Below are positions 38,767-49,146 of a DNA stretch of 64,000 bases, piece by piece. Where the stretch lies: contig JAAILG010000133.1 of the NCBI GenBank assembly GCA_012026655.1, positions 1 through 64,000 of the forward strand, read 5' to 3'. Both the position numbers and the translations under genes were made by a program. The DNA comes from Hydrolagus affinis (lineage: Eukaryota). Under the pieces are notes generated by a model. That model ran no database searches. It was not told the origin of the DNA and was given only the letters and a program-made list of their open reading frames with translations. Position 1 is the first letter of the stretch, and every line of letters begins with the position of its first letter.

Positions 38767-38966
38767 CAGTGGTTTCCAAATTTTGAATAGCGGCGTCCCT
38801 CCCTAACTCACAATGTTTCCATTGCGCCCCCACCCCCTCCTTCGCACTCGGCTCTGCCTCAGCTACACACGCACTCGGGGGCTCAAGACTCTAAAGCTCT
38901 GCGCCCCCCCAGCCAATGGTACGCGCGCCCCCAAAGGAGGCGCGCCCCACAGTTTAAAAATCACTG
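38767..38966. mobile_element. hAT (Charlie-like) non-autonomous MITE, 200 bp
   Basis: TIRs are CAGTGGTTTCCAAA and TTTAAAAATCACTG, with subterminal GGCGCGCCCCACAGTTT. The 8-bp flanks CTTTAGTC and CCTTAGTA match at 6/8. Confidence 0.85.
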
Positions 38967-40175
38967 CCTTAGTAGGAGGGAAACAGAGTCAACCACCATT
39001 ATCTTAAAACAAAGAGAAAAATCGCCTCCCTGTCGGGTTGTATCTGGTGATTCTCAGGCCTTTTATTCGTATGGAATCAGGAACGGACCTTCAGGATTAT
39101 TATAGGCAATGAAGTGCTACATTGGTGGGAACAGCAGGAGCTGCTAAACTGATTCTTAGAATAATGTCTGCAATTATATTAATATGATTTAACACTGTAC
39201 AATAAAGAGGCTCATTTGTGGCTCCAAGACATTGGCCAGCAGGCTTGAGTTATGAACTGTAATGAAGAAAGTGGGATGTTAGTTTAGAATTAAAGGGAGA
39301 ATGATAAAATAATCACCATATACGCGCCCGGCTTGCTGTAAAGAGGTCTGTTTCCAGGGGCAAGTGACTGTGCAGTGCAGCTAATCCTGCTTCCTGTGCC
39401 TTGCTTTAAACACAAAGCACTTGCAGTTTATCAAGCCTGTAACGTCAGAATCTCTGAAAGCACTTCTTGGTAATTACCATTGGGCGCAGTAACTGTACAT
39501 TTTGTAGGCAGATGTGACAGCCACCTTCTGCCTGCAAACAACCAAGGACAGAGGGTGGGGGAGTGGTGTCACGCTGATGGAGAGAGTGAGAGCCATTTTG
39601 CTTTGCTGCCTTGAAACTAGTTGTTTTGCTGCTCTGTTGATCTAGTTACCCTGGTTGCCTTTTCTCCTGTTGCCTGCTCCATTAATCCTTTATTAATGAC
39701 CCATAGCCAATAACACAAGGCTTCAGAAGTGAAATCATGTTCCTAAAGGGCATTTGTATCTCACAGGGGGAATTTAAAATTATCTTAACGTTCAGAAGAG
39801 ACTAATACCTCATAAACGCTGAGATTTGCAATGTGTTTCTAATGTCCCGATGGTGGTAAATGCAGCCCAGCCACTAAGAGCAAAGTAGAACTGTTTCTTC
39901 AGAGGTGCCATCTCCCACCTCCTGACTTCCACCCACTGATTCCAACAGTGATCTCTGATCTCAGTGCTTTCCTAATGCCCTCAGTGACCAGCTCAACAAA
40001 TCAGATAGTGTGTGTGTCCAGGGCTCAGTGTGCCTGGGACTTGTGCTGATTTTTTTTTCTGTGGAGAAAGAGTTGCTGGTGACCAAGTCCAGAGTTTCAG
40101 TTAGTCACACCAATGCCAAGCAATTCTCTGACATTGCCCTCCCTCCCTCTCCACCACCATCTCATTCATGCATCA

Positions 40176-40360
40176 AAAACAGAAGTTGCTGGGGAAACTC
40201 AGCAGGTCAGGCAGCATCTATGGAGAAAGGAAAATTAGTCAATGTTTCGGGTCTACAACCCTTCCTCAGAACGGGTCGTTTCGGGTTGTAGACCCGAAAT
40301 GTTGACTCATTTTCCATCTGTTTTTGTTTCAGATTCCCAGCATATGTAGTATTTTGTGTT
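40176..40360. mobile_element. Penelope-like element remnant (inverted pLTR pair) with 14-bp TSD
   Basis: TCATTCATGCATCA is duplicated at 40162-40175 and 40361-40374. The internal inverted repeat is GTCAATGTTTCGGGTCTACAACCC / GGGTTGTAGACCCGAAATGTTGAC. Confidence 0.85.
40238..40272 (-). ncRNA. Minimal type I hammerhead ribozyme-like motif (probably decayed)
   Basis: The minus strand reads GUU-CUGAGGA-A-GGGU(UGUAG)ACCC-GAAA-CAUU-GAC. Core boxes, helix II and a short helix I are present, but the helix III palindrome ACGU is mutated to ACAU. Confidence 0.55.
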
Positions 40361-40667
40361 TCATTCATGCATCAGATCAGTTAGCCATGCCCTTCTGACC
40401 ATGATATCCTCTATTTATTTTCATTAGAAATGAACTGAGTGTGGTTGAGACACAGTGAGTTAATGCTCTTTGGCTGACCTTTGCACCACCACCTTCATGG
40501 GTACAGGTCCTTGTTGCTGAAGTGAGGCATGTTCCTTAAATGTGCTACCACAGTGACATCTACAGGCCATGATTGGAATTGCAGCACCATATGCTGGGTT
40601 TATCCATAAATTCGCCCAGGACATTGATTGGGAATAATATCCTTAATAATACAGTACTACTGCCAAT

Positions 40668-41048
40668 AACAATCATTCCTGCATTTGGTACAGTGCCTCA
40701 TCATGTCGTTGAGATATCTCAAAAGTACTTCACAAAGATATGCTGTAAAGTGCAGTGACTATATTTTGTGGGCAAAACGTGGCAACCAGTTTGCACACAG
40801 CAATATCCCACAAACAGTCCTGGAGTTAGTGACCAATTATATTAGGGGAATTGATTGGCCAACAGGAGAGAGAAACTCCCTTCACTTTTCAAATAATGCC
40901 ATGGTATCTGTAATATCCACCTGATCAGACAGAACCTACATTCAGCGCCTCATTTGAAGGACAGCAAATCCCGACATTGGGCTTGAACCCATAACCTTCT
41001 AACTTCTGACTTAGAGATGAGAGTGCTACCACAGAGTTAGACTGACAC
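40668..41048 (-). mobile_element. Deu-domain SINE, near full-length
   Basis: Runs from a tail through GTGGCAACCAGTTTGCACACAGCAATATCCCACAAACAG, AACTCCC..TCAAATAATGCCATGG, CTCATTTGAAGGACAGCA and GGGCTTGAACCCATAACCTTCT to GAGAGTGCTACCAC. Confidence 0.85.
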
Positions 41049-41098
41049 ACAGCCGCTTAGCAATATTGTAGTTTGCTTAAACTTTAGACATGCAGGAT

Positions 41099-41165
41099 GT
41101 GAAGTCCTGTAGCTCAATCGTTAGAGCAATCACTTTACAAGCAAGAGACCTGGGTTCGACCCGGA
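41099..41165 (+). mobile_element. Isolated tRNA-like SINE head
   Basis: GTGAAGTCCTGTAGCTCAATCGTTAGAGC..AGACCTGGGTTCGACCCGG has A and B boxes but no SINE body downstream. Confidence 0.8.
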
Positions 41166-41540
41166 CGACAAGCAGCCAGACTACTTTCTTAAGATAAGCA
41201 AACTCAGAGGTCAGAGTGTCTTACACAGCAGCGGGATAGCAATCAAATGTACTTTGCTTTAGATTGTAGGCTGTTAGTTGGACATTATTATGCACAAATT
41301 GGCTTCCACACTCACCGACACAGTGATTTTGTGACGTGTTTTGAGAAAGTTGCTGTCAGTTGCTGCGACTCTCAGCTCTTTGGTGGCAGAGAGCAGGCAC
41401 CTATTTACCATGTGGGAGATTTCTATGGTATTCAACATTAAAGTGTAGGATTGTTCTTCCTTCTGATTTTCCACTGGCCGGACAGACTTCTCTTCCAATG
41501 GATGGATGGGATGGGAGCCCACGTTCTTTCAGCTCCAACA

Positions 41541-41776
41541 AAAATGCAAAATACTGCAGATACTGGAACTCTGAAACAAAAACACAAGTTGCTAGGAACA
41601 CTCAGCGGGTCAGGCAGCATCTATGGAGAGAGGAAAAGTGAGTAAAGTTTGGGGTCTATGTCCCTTCGTCAGATTGGACCCGAAAATCATGGACCCGAAA
41701 CGTTGACTCACTTTTCCTTTCTCCATAGATGCTGCCTGACCTGCTGAGTGTTCCCAGCCATTTCTGTTTTTGTTTC
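41541..41776. mobile_element. Penelope-like element remnant, ~85-bp inverted arms
   Basis: Arms at 41573-41656 and 41692-41776 differ at about 9 positions by eye. The minus strand has UCUGACGAAGGG..ACCC, and the plus arm has ACCCGAAACGTTGAC. Confidence 0.85.
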
Positions 41777-42236
41777 TTCCGACCCCATGTCACCTGCCCT
41801 GTATCATGATTCTGTCTGTAATTCAATCCACAAAAATCATCTCTTATTGAAAGCTCCAAACCGTCAATCATGCCCTTTGTGCATTGAGAGTTTCAGCCTT
41901 GGGCTGAACTTGCAGTGATGCGTTTAATGATCTCATTTATATGAAGGAGGATTAGCTGGTAGAAATGTAATCTTCAGAATATAGAGTCCAGAGTCTACAG
42001 TTTGTGCAAATTTAATTGTTAATTAATCTGATTCTGATCAGACGCTTATTTTTTTTAGAAAAGCTAATAGCTCCCTGATTGTGTGATGAGTGGGGCCAGC
42101 TGTTAGATCAGACTACAGGGTTAGGTTGCTATCCCTCAGGTTTCTCAATAACACTCAGAAGAAAAGACAGATTGTACTGGAGCATGTACTGTATAACTAA
42201 AGGCTAGTGAGCAGCAAAGTGAAACTGGCTGACTCA

Positions 42237-42338
42237 GACAAAAACAGAAATGGCTGGGAACACTCATCGGGTCAGGCAGCATCTATGGAGAGAGGAAAAG
42301 TGAGTTAAAGTTTGCGGATCCACAACCTTTCACCGGAG
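42237..42338 (-). mobile_element. Penelope-like element remnant, single arm
   Basis: AAAAACAGAAATGGCTGGGAACACTCATCGGGTCAGGCAGCATCTATGGAGAGAGGAAAAGTGAG matches the arms at 41573 and 40176. Its hammerhead region is degenerate. Confidence 0.85.
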
Positions 42339-42395
42339 CTTTGTTCCCCCTTTCATTGTGCAGCTCCTATCATTACTTACTGTCCTCTTGTTTCC

Positions 42396-42526
42396 TTCTC
42401 TCTCTCCCCCCATCTCTCTCCTCTATCCTGGTCGCGCTCTCACTGCCCATCTCTCTCTCTCCTATCCCGCTCCCCCTCACACACACTCTCCTCTCATTCT
42501 TCCACCCTCTCTCACTCCCCCTCTTT
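42396..42526. repeat. CT-rich low-complexity tract
   Basis: A pyrimidine-rich imperfect (CT)n tract abutting the SINE tail. Confidence 0.8.
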
Positions 42527-42527
42527 C

Positions 42528-42807
42528 ATAATAATAATCTTAATAATAATCTTTGCATTTAATATAGCACTTTTCACATCTTCTAGACGTCTCAAAGCGC
42601 TTCACAGAATATACTGTAAAGAGAATTGACTGTATATTTGTGGGAGAAACACAGCAGCCAATTGCGCACAGGAATGTTCCACAAATAATTTATTATCAGA
42701 CGTGTGGAGTAAAGAAAGTTGTTCAAGGTTTCAAACCTGCCGGGAATCGAACCCAGGTTTTTCGCTTGCGAGGCAAGTACTCTAACCACTGAGCTACAGG
42801 ACTCCAC
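42528..42807 (-). mobile_element. tRNA-derived SINE with intact Pol III A/B boxes
   Basis: The minus strand reads GTGGAGTCCTGTAGCTCAGTGGTTAGAGTACTTGCCTCGCAAGCGAAAAACCTGGGTTCGATTCCCGGCAGG. There is an internal deletion in the body and a (TTA)n tail. Confidence 0.95.
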
Positions 42808-43484
42808 ACTCTTGCTCTCTTCATACGCTCTCTCCCTTTGCCGCTGTCTCAATCCTGATCTTTTTGCCTCAGACTCTTCAGTAAGTTTCTCTGGTTTAAT
42901 GTCTCAAAATACAAGCTATTAATTGCTTGGGTAGCTAGTTATCTTACTCAGTGCTACACATGAAGGCGGTGGCGGGGGTGGTTTCTGCAGCATTAAAGAT
43001 CAATTAATAGGCAACAATGGGACTTGTGTACTGTTACAAGCCTGAGGAGTGCCTGGAAAGCTGAGAGACTTAACCTTTAGTCTGATCCGTGAGACATTTG
43101 GTTTTCCTTTAAATAAGCACAATGTGTGTTAAGCATATTCATTTATCCTCTCGCAGCACTGACTGCTGGAAGTATTTGAAAGTGGAGACAATTGTGAGCA
43201 ATTTCAATCCACTAGCAAGGATTGAGGAAATCAATTTGCACCATTCACACCGCGCACTGGCGTTTCAGGCGGCTGTGAATGTGGAGCAAATTGGGATTTA
43301 CAGCTGTAGTGTAAATGGAGTTGCGTTGCTTTTAAACAGCATAGCCTCTGACTGCAGGCATATCTATATTAACCCTACACTTCATGTCACTGCGTAGTTA
43401 AAGGGGCAGCGTCACTGTGTTATTCAAGGGATAGTCTTCCTATATTGATAACACTGTTGTTAAAGGGATAGAGTCATCATTCAT

Positions 43485-43650
43485 TTCTTCTCCACCACCT
43501 CTCGTATCAGCTCCGCCTTCATGGCTCTGCCGTTGCCTGGCTTCGTTCTTCCCTTTCCTTTGTCCCCAATTTGTATCCTCAAACGGCTCCTCCTCCAGCC
43601 CTTGCACTGTCACATATGGTGTTCCCCAGGGCTCTGTCCTCGGTCCTCTC
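43485..43650 (+). mobile_element. L2 LINE RT-domain fragment
   Basis: It encodes SSSSPCTVTYGVPQGSVLGPL (non-LTR RT motif GVPQGS.LGP) at ~43587-43650. Confidence 0.9.
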
Positions 43651-43653
43651 TAA

Positions 43654-43812
43654 TACGGCAGAAGCTGCTTTAATCGGACGTCAGTTAACCTCAACTTCCA
43701 GGTAAATTGGACAAAACAGCCGGCCCTGATTCATTTGAATTGCTACCCATTTATACATGCCAGTTAATTTGTACAACAAGCCCGTTAATCCGGACAGAAT
43801 CCCACACTGGTC
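43654..43812. mobile_element. Possible Tigger/pogo-like DNA transposon end
   Basis: TA followed by CGGCAGAAGCTGCTTTAATCGGAC, with a subterminal repeat CCCGTTAATCCGGAC. The second end was not found. Confidence 0.35.
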
Positions 43813-44615
43813 ATTGCTGAATGTACTCAGTTGCACTTTCTGTGTCTCACTCACGCAGCTACATTCAGCAACCAGCATTTGCCTGCCCTCCCTGCCCTCC
43901 ATCCCTCTTGAGTCCAACCTCCAACAGCTCAGGTTCAAATCCTGCACAGTCCATCGCTTGGCATGAAAAATGTGTATCTGTATAAATGTAATTTGCTGTT
44001 GCTGTTATTATTAGAGAAGCCTCACTGTTGCTAGAGCTATGCCCCTAATCATGCAAAACCCTTTGGAAAATATGCTCCAGTAAATCTTAAAAACTGCAAT
44101 GCCTCTAAACTGCCATGTCTCCTTTCCTGACGTATATGAGGAGAATATTGCACAGTATAAAGGTTTAATTTGTATTATATGGAAACTACATGCAGCTTTA
44201 TGAAAAGGCTGAAGTATTTTAACAGGGCTTGTTAAATATATTTTCTTGTTTGAAACTTTGAGATGCAGTCTAGACATACCATTTTAAAAAGAATACAAGC
44301 TCATTAATGCTTCACCAAATAGACCCAGAGGCAGCTGCTCACGTGTTTACAATGATCATTTCAAGATGTGTTTCTTGTTTCATGACCTGCTGATATGCAG
44401 CCTGTTTAAATGGGACGTTAGTCACTACACAAGCAGGTAAAATTACATTTTATGCATTTCAGATATTGAAAAATGTTGCCAGTACTTACAAAGTGCTCAC
44501 TTCAAACTCCAAATTTCGATTGACCCCAGTAAAACCCTGGGGTGGCATTTACAGCCATAACTTTAGCGTTTATTATCAATGCGAAAATATACGTGTTTCT
44601 GCTGTATGTGTAATT

Positions 44616-44820
44616 GGGGTGTGTGTGTGTGTGGTGTTTGGGCAGTGTTTGGGCAGTGTGTGTGTGTGTTTGGGTTGTGTGTGCATTTGGGCAGTGTGTG
44701 TTTGCGGTGTGTGTGTGTTTGGGGTGTGTATGCTTGGGCAGTGTGTGTGTGTGCGTTTGGGCAGTGTGTGTGTGTTTGGGCAGTGTGTGTGTTTGGGGTG
44801 TGTGTGTTCGGGCTGTGTGT
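44616..44820. repeat. Compound (TG)n / TTTGGGCAG minisatellite
   Basis: About 10 units of TTTGGG(CAG/G/TT)(TG)n. This explains the overlapping His/Thr- and Val/Cys-rich ORFs. Confidence 0.95.
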
Positions 44821-45120
44821 TCTGCATAAAATGTGGACAAAAAGAGTGAGACAGGAAGCGAGGAAGACTGGTATTGGAAGGTATCTGCTGAAAAACACGA
44901 GTAGTTTGAAACCCCTGACAATCCGCTCCCCTCCTCTGGCAGATAGCTTTCTCATTAACGAATGGCTGGCTTGGCAGCTGAGCAGAGGCTGGGAGATTGA
45001 GTGTGTGGCTGAGACACACTATTCTGTGCTTTGTTGCACAGAATAGAGAAACACGGTCAGTGTGTCCTATCCAATAGATTCTCTCTATTAAACTGGGCTT
45101 TCTGAGGAGACAACCCAATG

Positions 45121-45458
45121 CTCCTGTGGCTTAATGGTTAGAGCACTTGTCTTGCAAGCTGGGGAGACCAAGCTGGGGAGACCTGTGTTCAAATCCAGGC
45201 AGGTCAGGGCGAAACCTTGGGCAAGTTTCCTTACTCCACACGCCTAATAATAATCCCACCAAAAAAAAAACACAATAATAAAATTGGTCATTTCAATCCA
45301 CGACTGTGTGTGGGACACTGCTGTGCACAATTGGCTGCCGCGATTCGCCCACAAATATATACAGTCAATTCACTTTACAGTATATTCTGTGAAGCACTTT
45401 GGGACGTCGATAAAATGTGAAAAGCACTATATCAAATGCAAGGATTATTATTATTATT
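45121..45458 (+). mobile_element. Full-length tRNA(Ala)-like SINE (SINE2-1_CM-like)
   Basis: Head CTCCTGTGGCTTAATGGTTAGAGCACTTGTCTTGCAAG (TGC at the anticodon position), B box GTTCAAATCC, a 14-bp internal duplication CAAGCTGGGGAGAC, a complete body and an (ATT)n tail. Confidence 0.95.
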
Positions 45459-48336
45459 AATGCTGAATCTTAGCTAAACATGGTTAGAATGAAGTCAATC
45501 AGTGAGCTGCATTTCCCATAAATCATAACCTGCTCATGTTGATTTGAGGGAACACAAACACTTTGACTGCTGTGAACGCTTGGTTGTTGATCTGGCCTGT
45601 GTGGGGAAACAGGAGAAGGCATCCGCAGCCTCCACTTACACTGTCCGTTGCCACGTCTCCCCAAAGCCTCAGTGTTTCGCGGCCAAGTTGGCAGTTGTTG
45701 AATTAGCAGAAATGTTGCTGAGAGCAGCCACGCCTGTGCTGGTCTGGCTGATAGTAATGGCCAAGATCAGCAAAGCTGCCTCATTGCTGCTTGTGGGGAT
45801 TAGATTTCTATTGCTTGTAAATAAGCCGAGTATTCTCTTAGCGTTGTGCTTTAATCAGCAGTGTCAGTATGTAACAAGACGCTGGCGGATCCTGCTTTCT
45901 GAGTGCTGGCGAGGGGACAGGAACCTGCCCGTGGTGCCTGCTCATTAAAGAGCGAGCAGCCGCCTGCGGTTTGACTATTTCATTAGTGCCTAGGGAGGAG
46001 CACAGCAATAATCCCTGTAGCTATAAAGTTCCATCTTCAGTTACCAGTTCATTTGTGAAAAGTCGTCACTAGAGGAGTGCATTATTCATCGTTCACCTCT
46101 CTCCACGGAGGACTCTCTGACCCTTTTTACATGAATATGTCAAACCCAACAAATGTGCCTCTCAATCCCAAATTAGTCCTTGTTTAACAGCCCAGGTGCG
46201 TGTGTCACACTCACCGATTCAGAGCGGACGGTGGCCTGGATTGAGTTGTTTAACTGGACGTGTTGGACAATCTTTAGAAAGGAAAAAAAAAGTTGATAGT
46301 TAGTTGAATTATTCCAACAGTTCAGTTCAAAAACAGGGATTCATTAGTCTCCTGTGTATCCACATGCCCATTGCTTCCTGGCGTTACCTCACACCAGCAT
46401 CTCATTTCAAAGTCAAGGCACCACTCGTCGCCTCTTCCTAGTGCTCTGGGAATAAGTGTGTGAATGGCTTTTGTACGTGCACTGAGCACTCAGAGTTGAG
46501 TACATATATGGTTTTCAGTGGGAACATCCTTTTATGCTGCTGGTCTGTCTCAATTACTCAATACTCTCACTTCAGAAAGGTGAGGGTTAAAGCCCAATGA
46601 TGGGCCTCTGTGTTCAGCATCAAGCTGACCCTCCTGTGCAGATGTGAAACTTCTGTGGTTGTGCCTCCCATATTGGCTTTCACTCTTGGTGAACATTAGC
46701 TCTGGACATAAAGAACTGTGCCCTCAAGCGCTGATATCAGCAGGAATCTACAGGGAAACCCCATTACATGGCAGTGGTCTGGGTTTAATATTTTCCTTTG
46801 AACAAAGTGTGAGAAGCTGTATGGGTTGTCAGTTTGCTGCTGATATCACTTCCCTGTGCAGTTACTAAATGTGGCTATTATAATTTGTGCTACTATTATA
46901 CTGTTCTATTGATATAGGTGGGTTCAGTAACCCTCCCATTCCTGTTGTATCTGTCATACAGCCATCTCTCTGTTTTCTTTCCACAACAGGGCCCTCAAAC
47001 CATATGTAATAACAGAGATAGATTCAAGAGTTCCACGCCTGAGTTAGTGGGGAAACTGTTGGTACACCATACATTTAACTTGAACCTTTGGACATGACAG
47101 AAAGCACATGTTATTAAAAAATCTAATATTTCCCACTTTGGTTTAGTGCTAGTTTTGTAGTCAATTTGGGGGTAAATGGATGGAGGATTGTGCTGGGATA
47201 TACTGTACTATAAAACTGGTCAGGTGTGAACTGTGTCTTGTTCTATTAAAGCTTACAGCTATTCATCCTTTTCAGTAGAAAGCTCAGGTTGTGTTTCAGT
47301 AACAGTAAACCAGCTATCTCCTATCCTTCTATTGCTAGGCACTGCTTATTATGCCTGATAAACGTTGGAAGCAAATTGGCTCATTTGATGCAAAAAGGGG
47401 CAAAGCTTTGTGTTTGAAACTAGCAGAGGGCAGAGGATGAGGTTCAGGGTAGCCTGTCTCATGGGATATCTGCAGTGCTGTTAAACAGCCCTAAATTGAG
47501 TGTGAAATGGTGTTCAGGAGTTAATGGAACAGCAGCTTTCCCCAGAGGAACGATTAAGTTAACATTTCACAACGCATTAAGTTGCAAAGAAGGGCATAGA
47601 ATTTCCAGGTAACCAACTGCAAAATACCTCCTAATAAACCAGCAGTAGCGCACAGAATTATGTTCAGTGTTGTAACGAGTCAGGGATCCCAGGGGTATAG
47701 GACAAGGGCTCACATTAGCTGGTAGTATAAGCAATCGGCAGTAGACTAACTCTCCTAGGATAAAAGCAAACCCAAGTATGAGGGCAGGATTTCAAAGTGC
47801 TGACAATATTTCTGTTTATTAATGTTATCAGAATTAGATTGCTGCTGAATAATTGCTCCCACTCTATTCACTGTATTGATCCCAGAAATGCAAGGTCACA
47901 AAAGTCTCAAATGAAGCCCGTTTCAGCCCATTTAACGTCATGCTTCCACAATAGGAAGCAATGCAGCACTGAGCCCTTGTGATGGGTTGTTTCTGAGTAC
48001 AGAAATATGTATGGTGTCCGTGCTGATGTTCTCTACCACCTGCTGGCCCCCAAGATCTTGCTCTGTGCCCTGGGTAATCACAGACTATTGTTAGTGTCTC
48101 CAAGGGACATTGGAACAAATCCGTACACTCATTTCAGGGGTCTCACTACAGAATGGGTTCTTTTGCCCACTGTATAAGAGTGTCGGTCTCTGTGGTGTAA
48201 CTGGCTCAAGGCAAGGCTTCATCAGGTTTGGTCTCCCAGTCTAAGCTTATCCTAGTCCCAGTTGGAGCTCTGGATTGTGCTGCATCTCCATCTATTGGCA
48301 GAAACTACGAGGGTGCAAACAATTCAGCCCATTGAA

Positions 48337-48561
48337 GCCGAGAATTCCACCCACCAAGTTCATTTTATCTTAATATTTCACATGGTTAAATTGTGCAAAG
48401 TTGTAAATCTTCCTTCACCTGGAAACTGGTTTCTTTTTAAAAACTGTGGAAAACCAACTCCCAAATGAAAGTGGATTTAAGAAATTTTCACAATTTCGCC
48501 CTATGTAAAATTTAATGGCCAAATGGTCTTACAGGTTGAGACTAGGTGAAATTTTAGGCCC
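48337..48561. mobile_element. Old palindromic MITE, probably complete (~225 bp)
   Basis: TIRs are GCCGAGAATTCCACC and GGTGAAATTTTAGGC. An internal inverted pair GGAAACTGGTTTC/GAAAACCAACTCC is present. Confidence 0.6.
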
Positions 48562-48989
48562 CAGATATATCTACTGCCTTGTGGATAAATGTGCATTTAC
48601 TGCTGTCTCGATGTTTGTATTGTACATTCACTGACATTGCAAAATGCTCTGTATTGTCACGCATTAACTCGTGAAAATCTATGGTTATTTAAAATCTTGA
48701 ACTGGGGCATAGAGAGTAGATACAAAAGAGAACTAATTAGAACCACATAATCAGATATAAATAAATATTATCATTTGGCTCCATTCTTTTACTGCAGTTG
48801 GAAATATTGTGGCCATCTGATGGCAAGCTGCCAGCCTGCCTCCTGTGGTGGCTGGGCTCGCTGATCATGTTGTACAACCTGCCTGGTTAAGAACCTAAAA
48901 GATTCTGTTCACCTAATTGTTTTTCAAAACCATTTTCTTTCCCACTTTCTCATTCCTGATCACCTGAATTCACCTGTGATCTTTGCAAT

Positions 48990-49146
48990 CTTGCTCTCCC
49001 CCTGCCTCTTTCCCCACGTCTGCCTCTCCCTCTGCGTCTCTGGCTCCCGCTTCTTCTCTCTCCCACTGTGTCTCTCCACCGACCCACCGCCTCTCTCTCT
49101 CTCTCTCTCTCTCCCCTTCCCTTATTACCATCAGCCCCCCTCCCCA
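48990..49146. repeat. CT-rich tract with (CT)n microsatellite
   Basis: A pyrimidine-rich tract with (CT)n at ~49091-49113. Confidence 0.85.

Noticed and set aside
44466-45118. Six overlapping ORFs of 71-180 aa
   Set aside because: They are read-throughs of the (TG)n/TTTGGGCAG minisatellite with low-complexity translations.
45121-45200. Possible tRNA-Ala gene (also 9360-9429, 41099-41165, 42737-42807)
   Set aside because: These lack a proper acceptor stem and match the SINE head; three of the four continue into SINE bodies.
46965-47100. Strong polypyrimidine tract plus CAG acceptor at ~46989
   Set aside because: No good donor or recognisable peptide downstream. A non-coding exon cannot be excluded.
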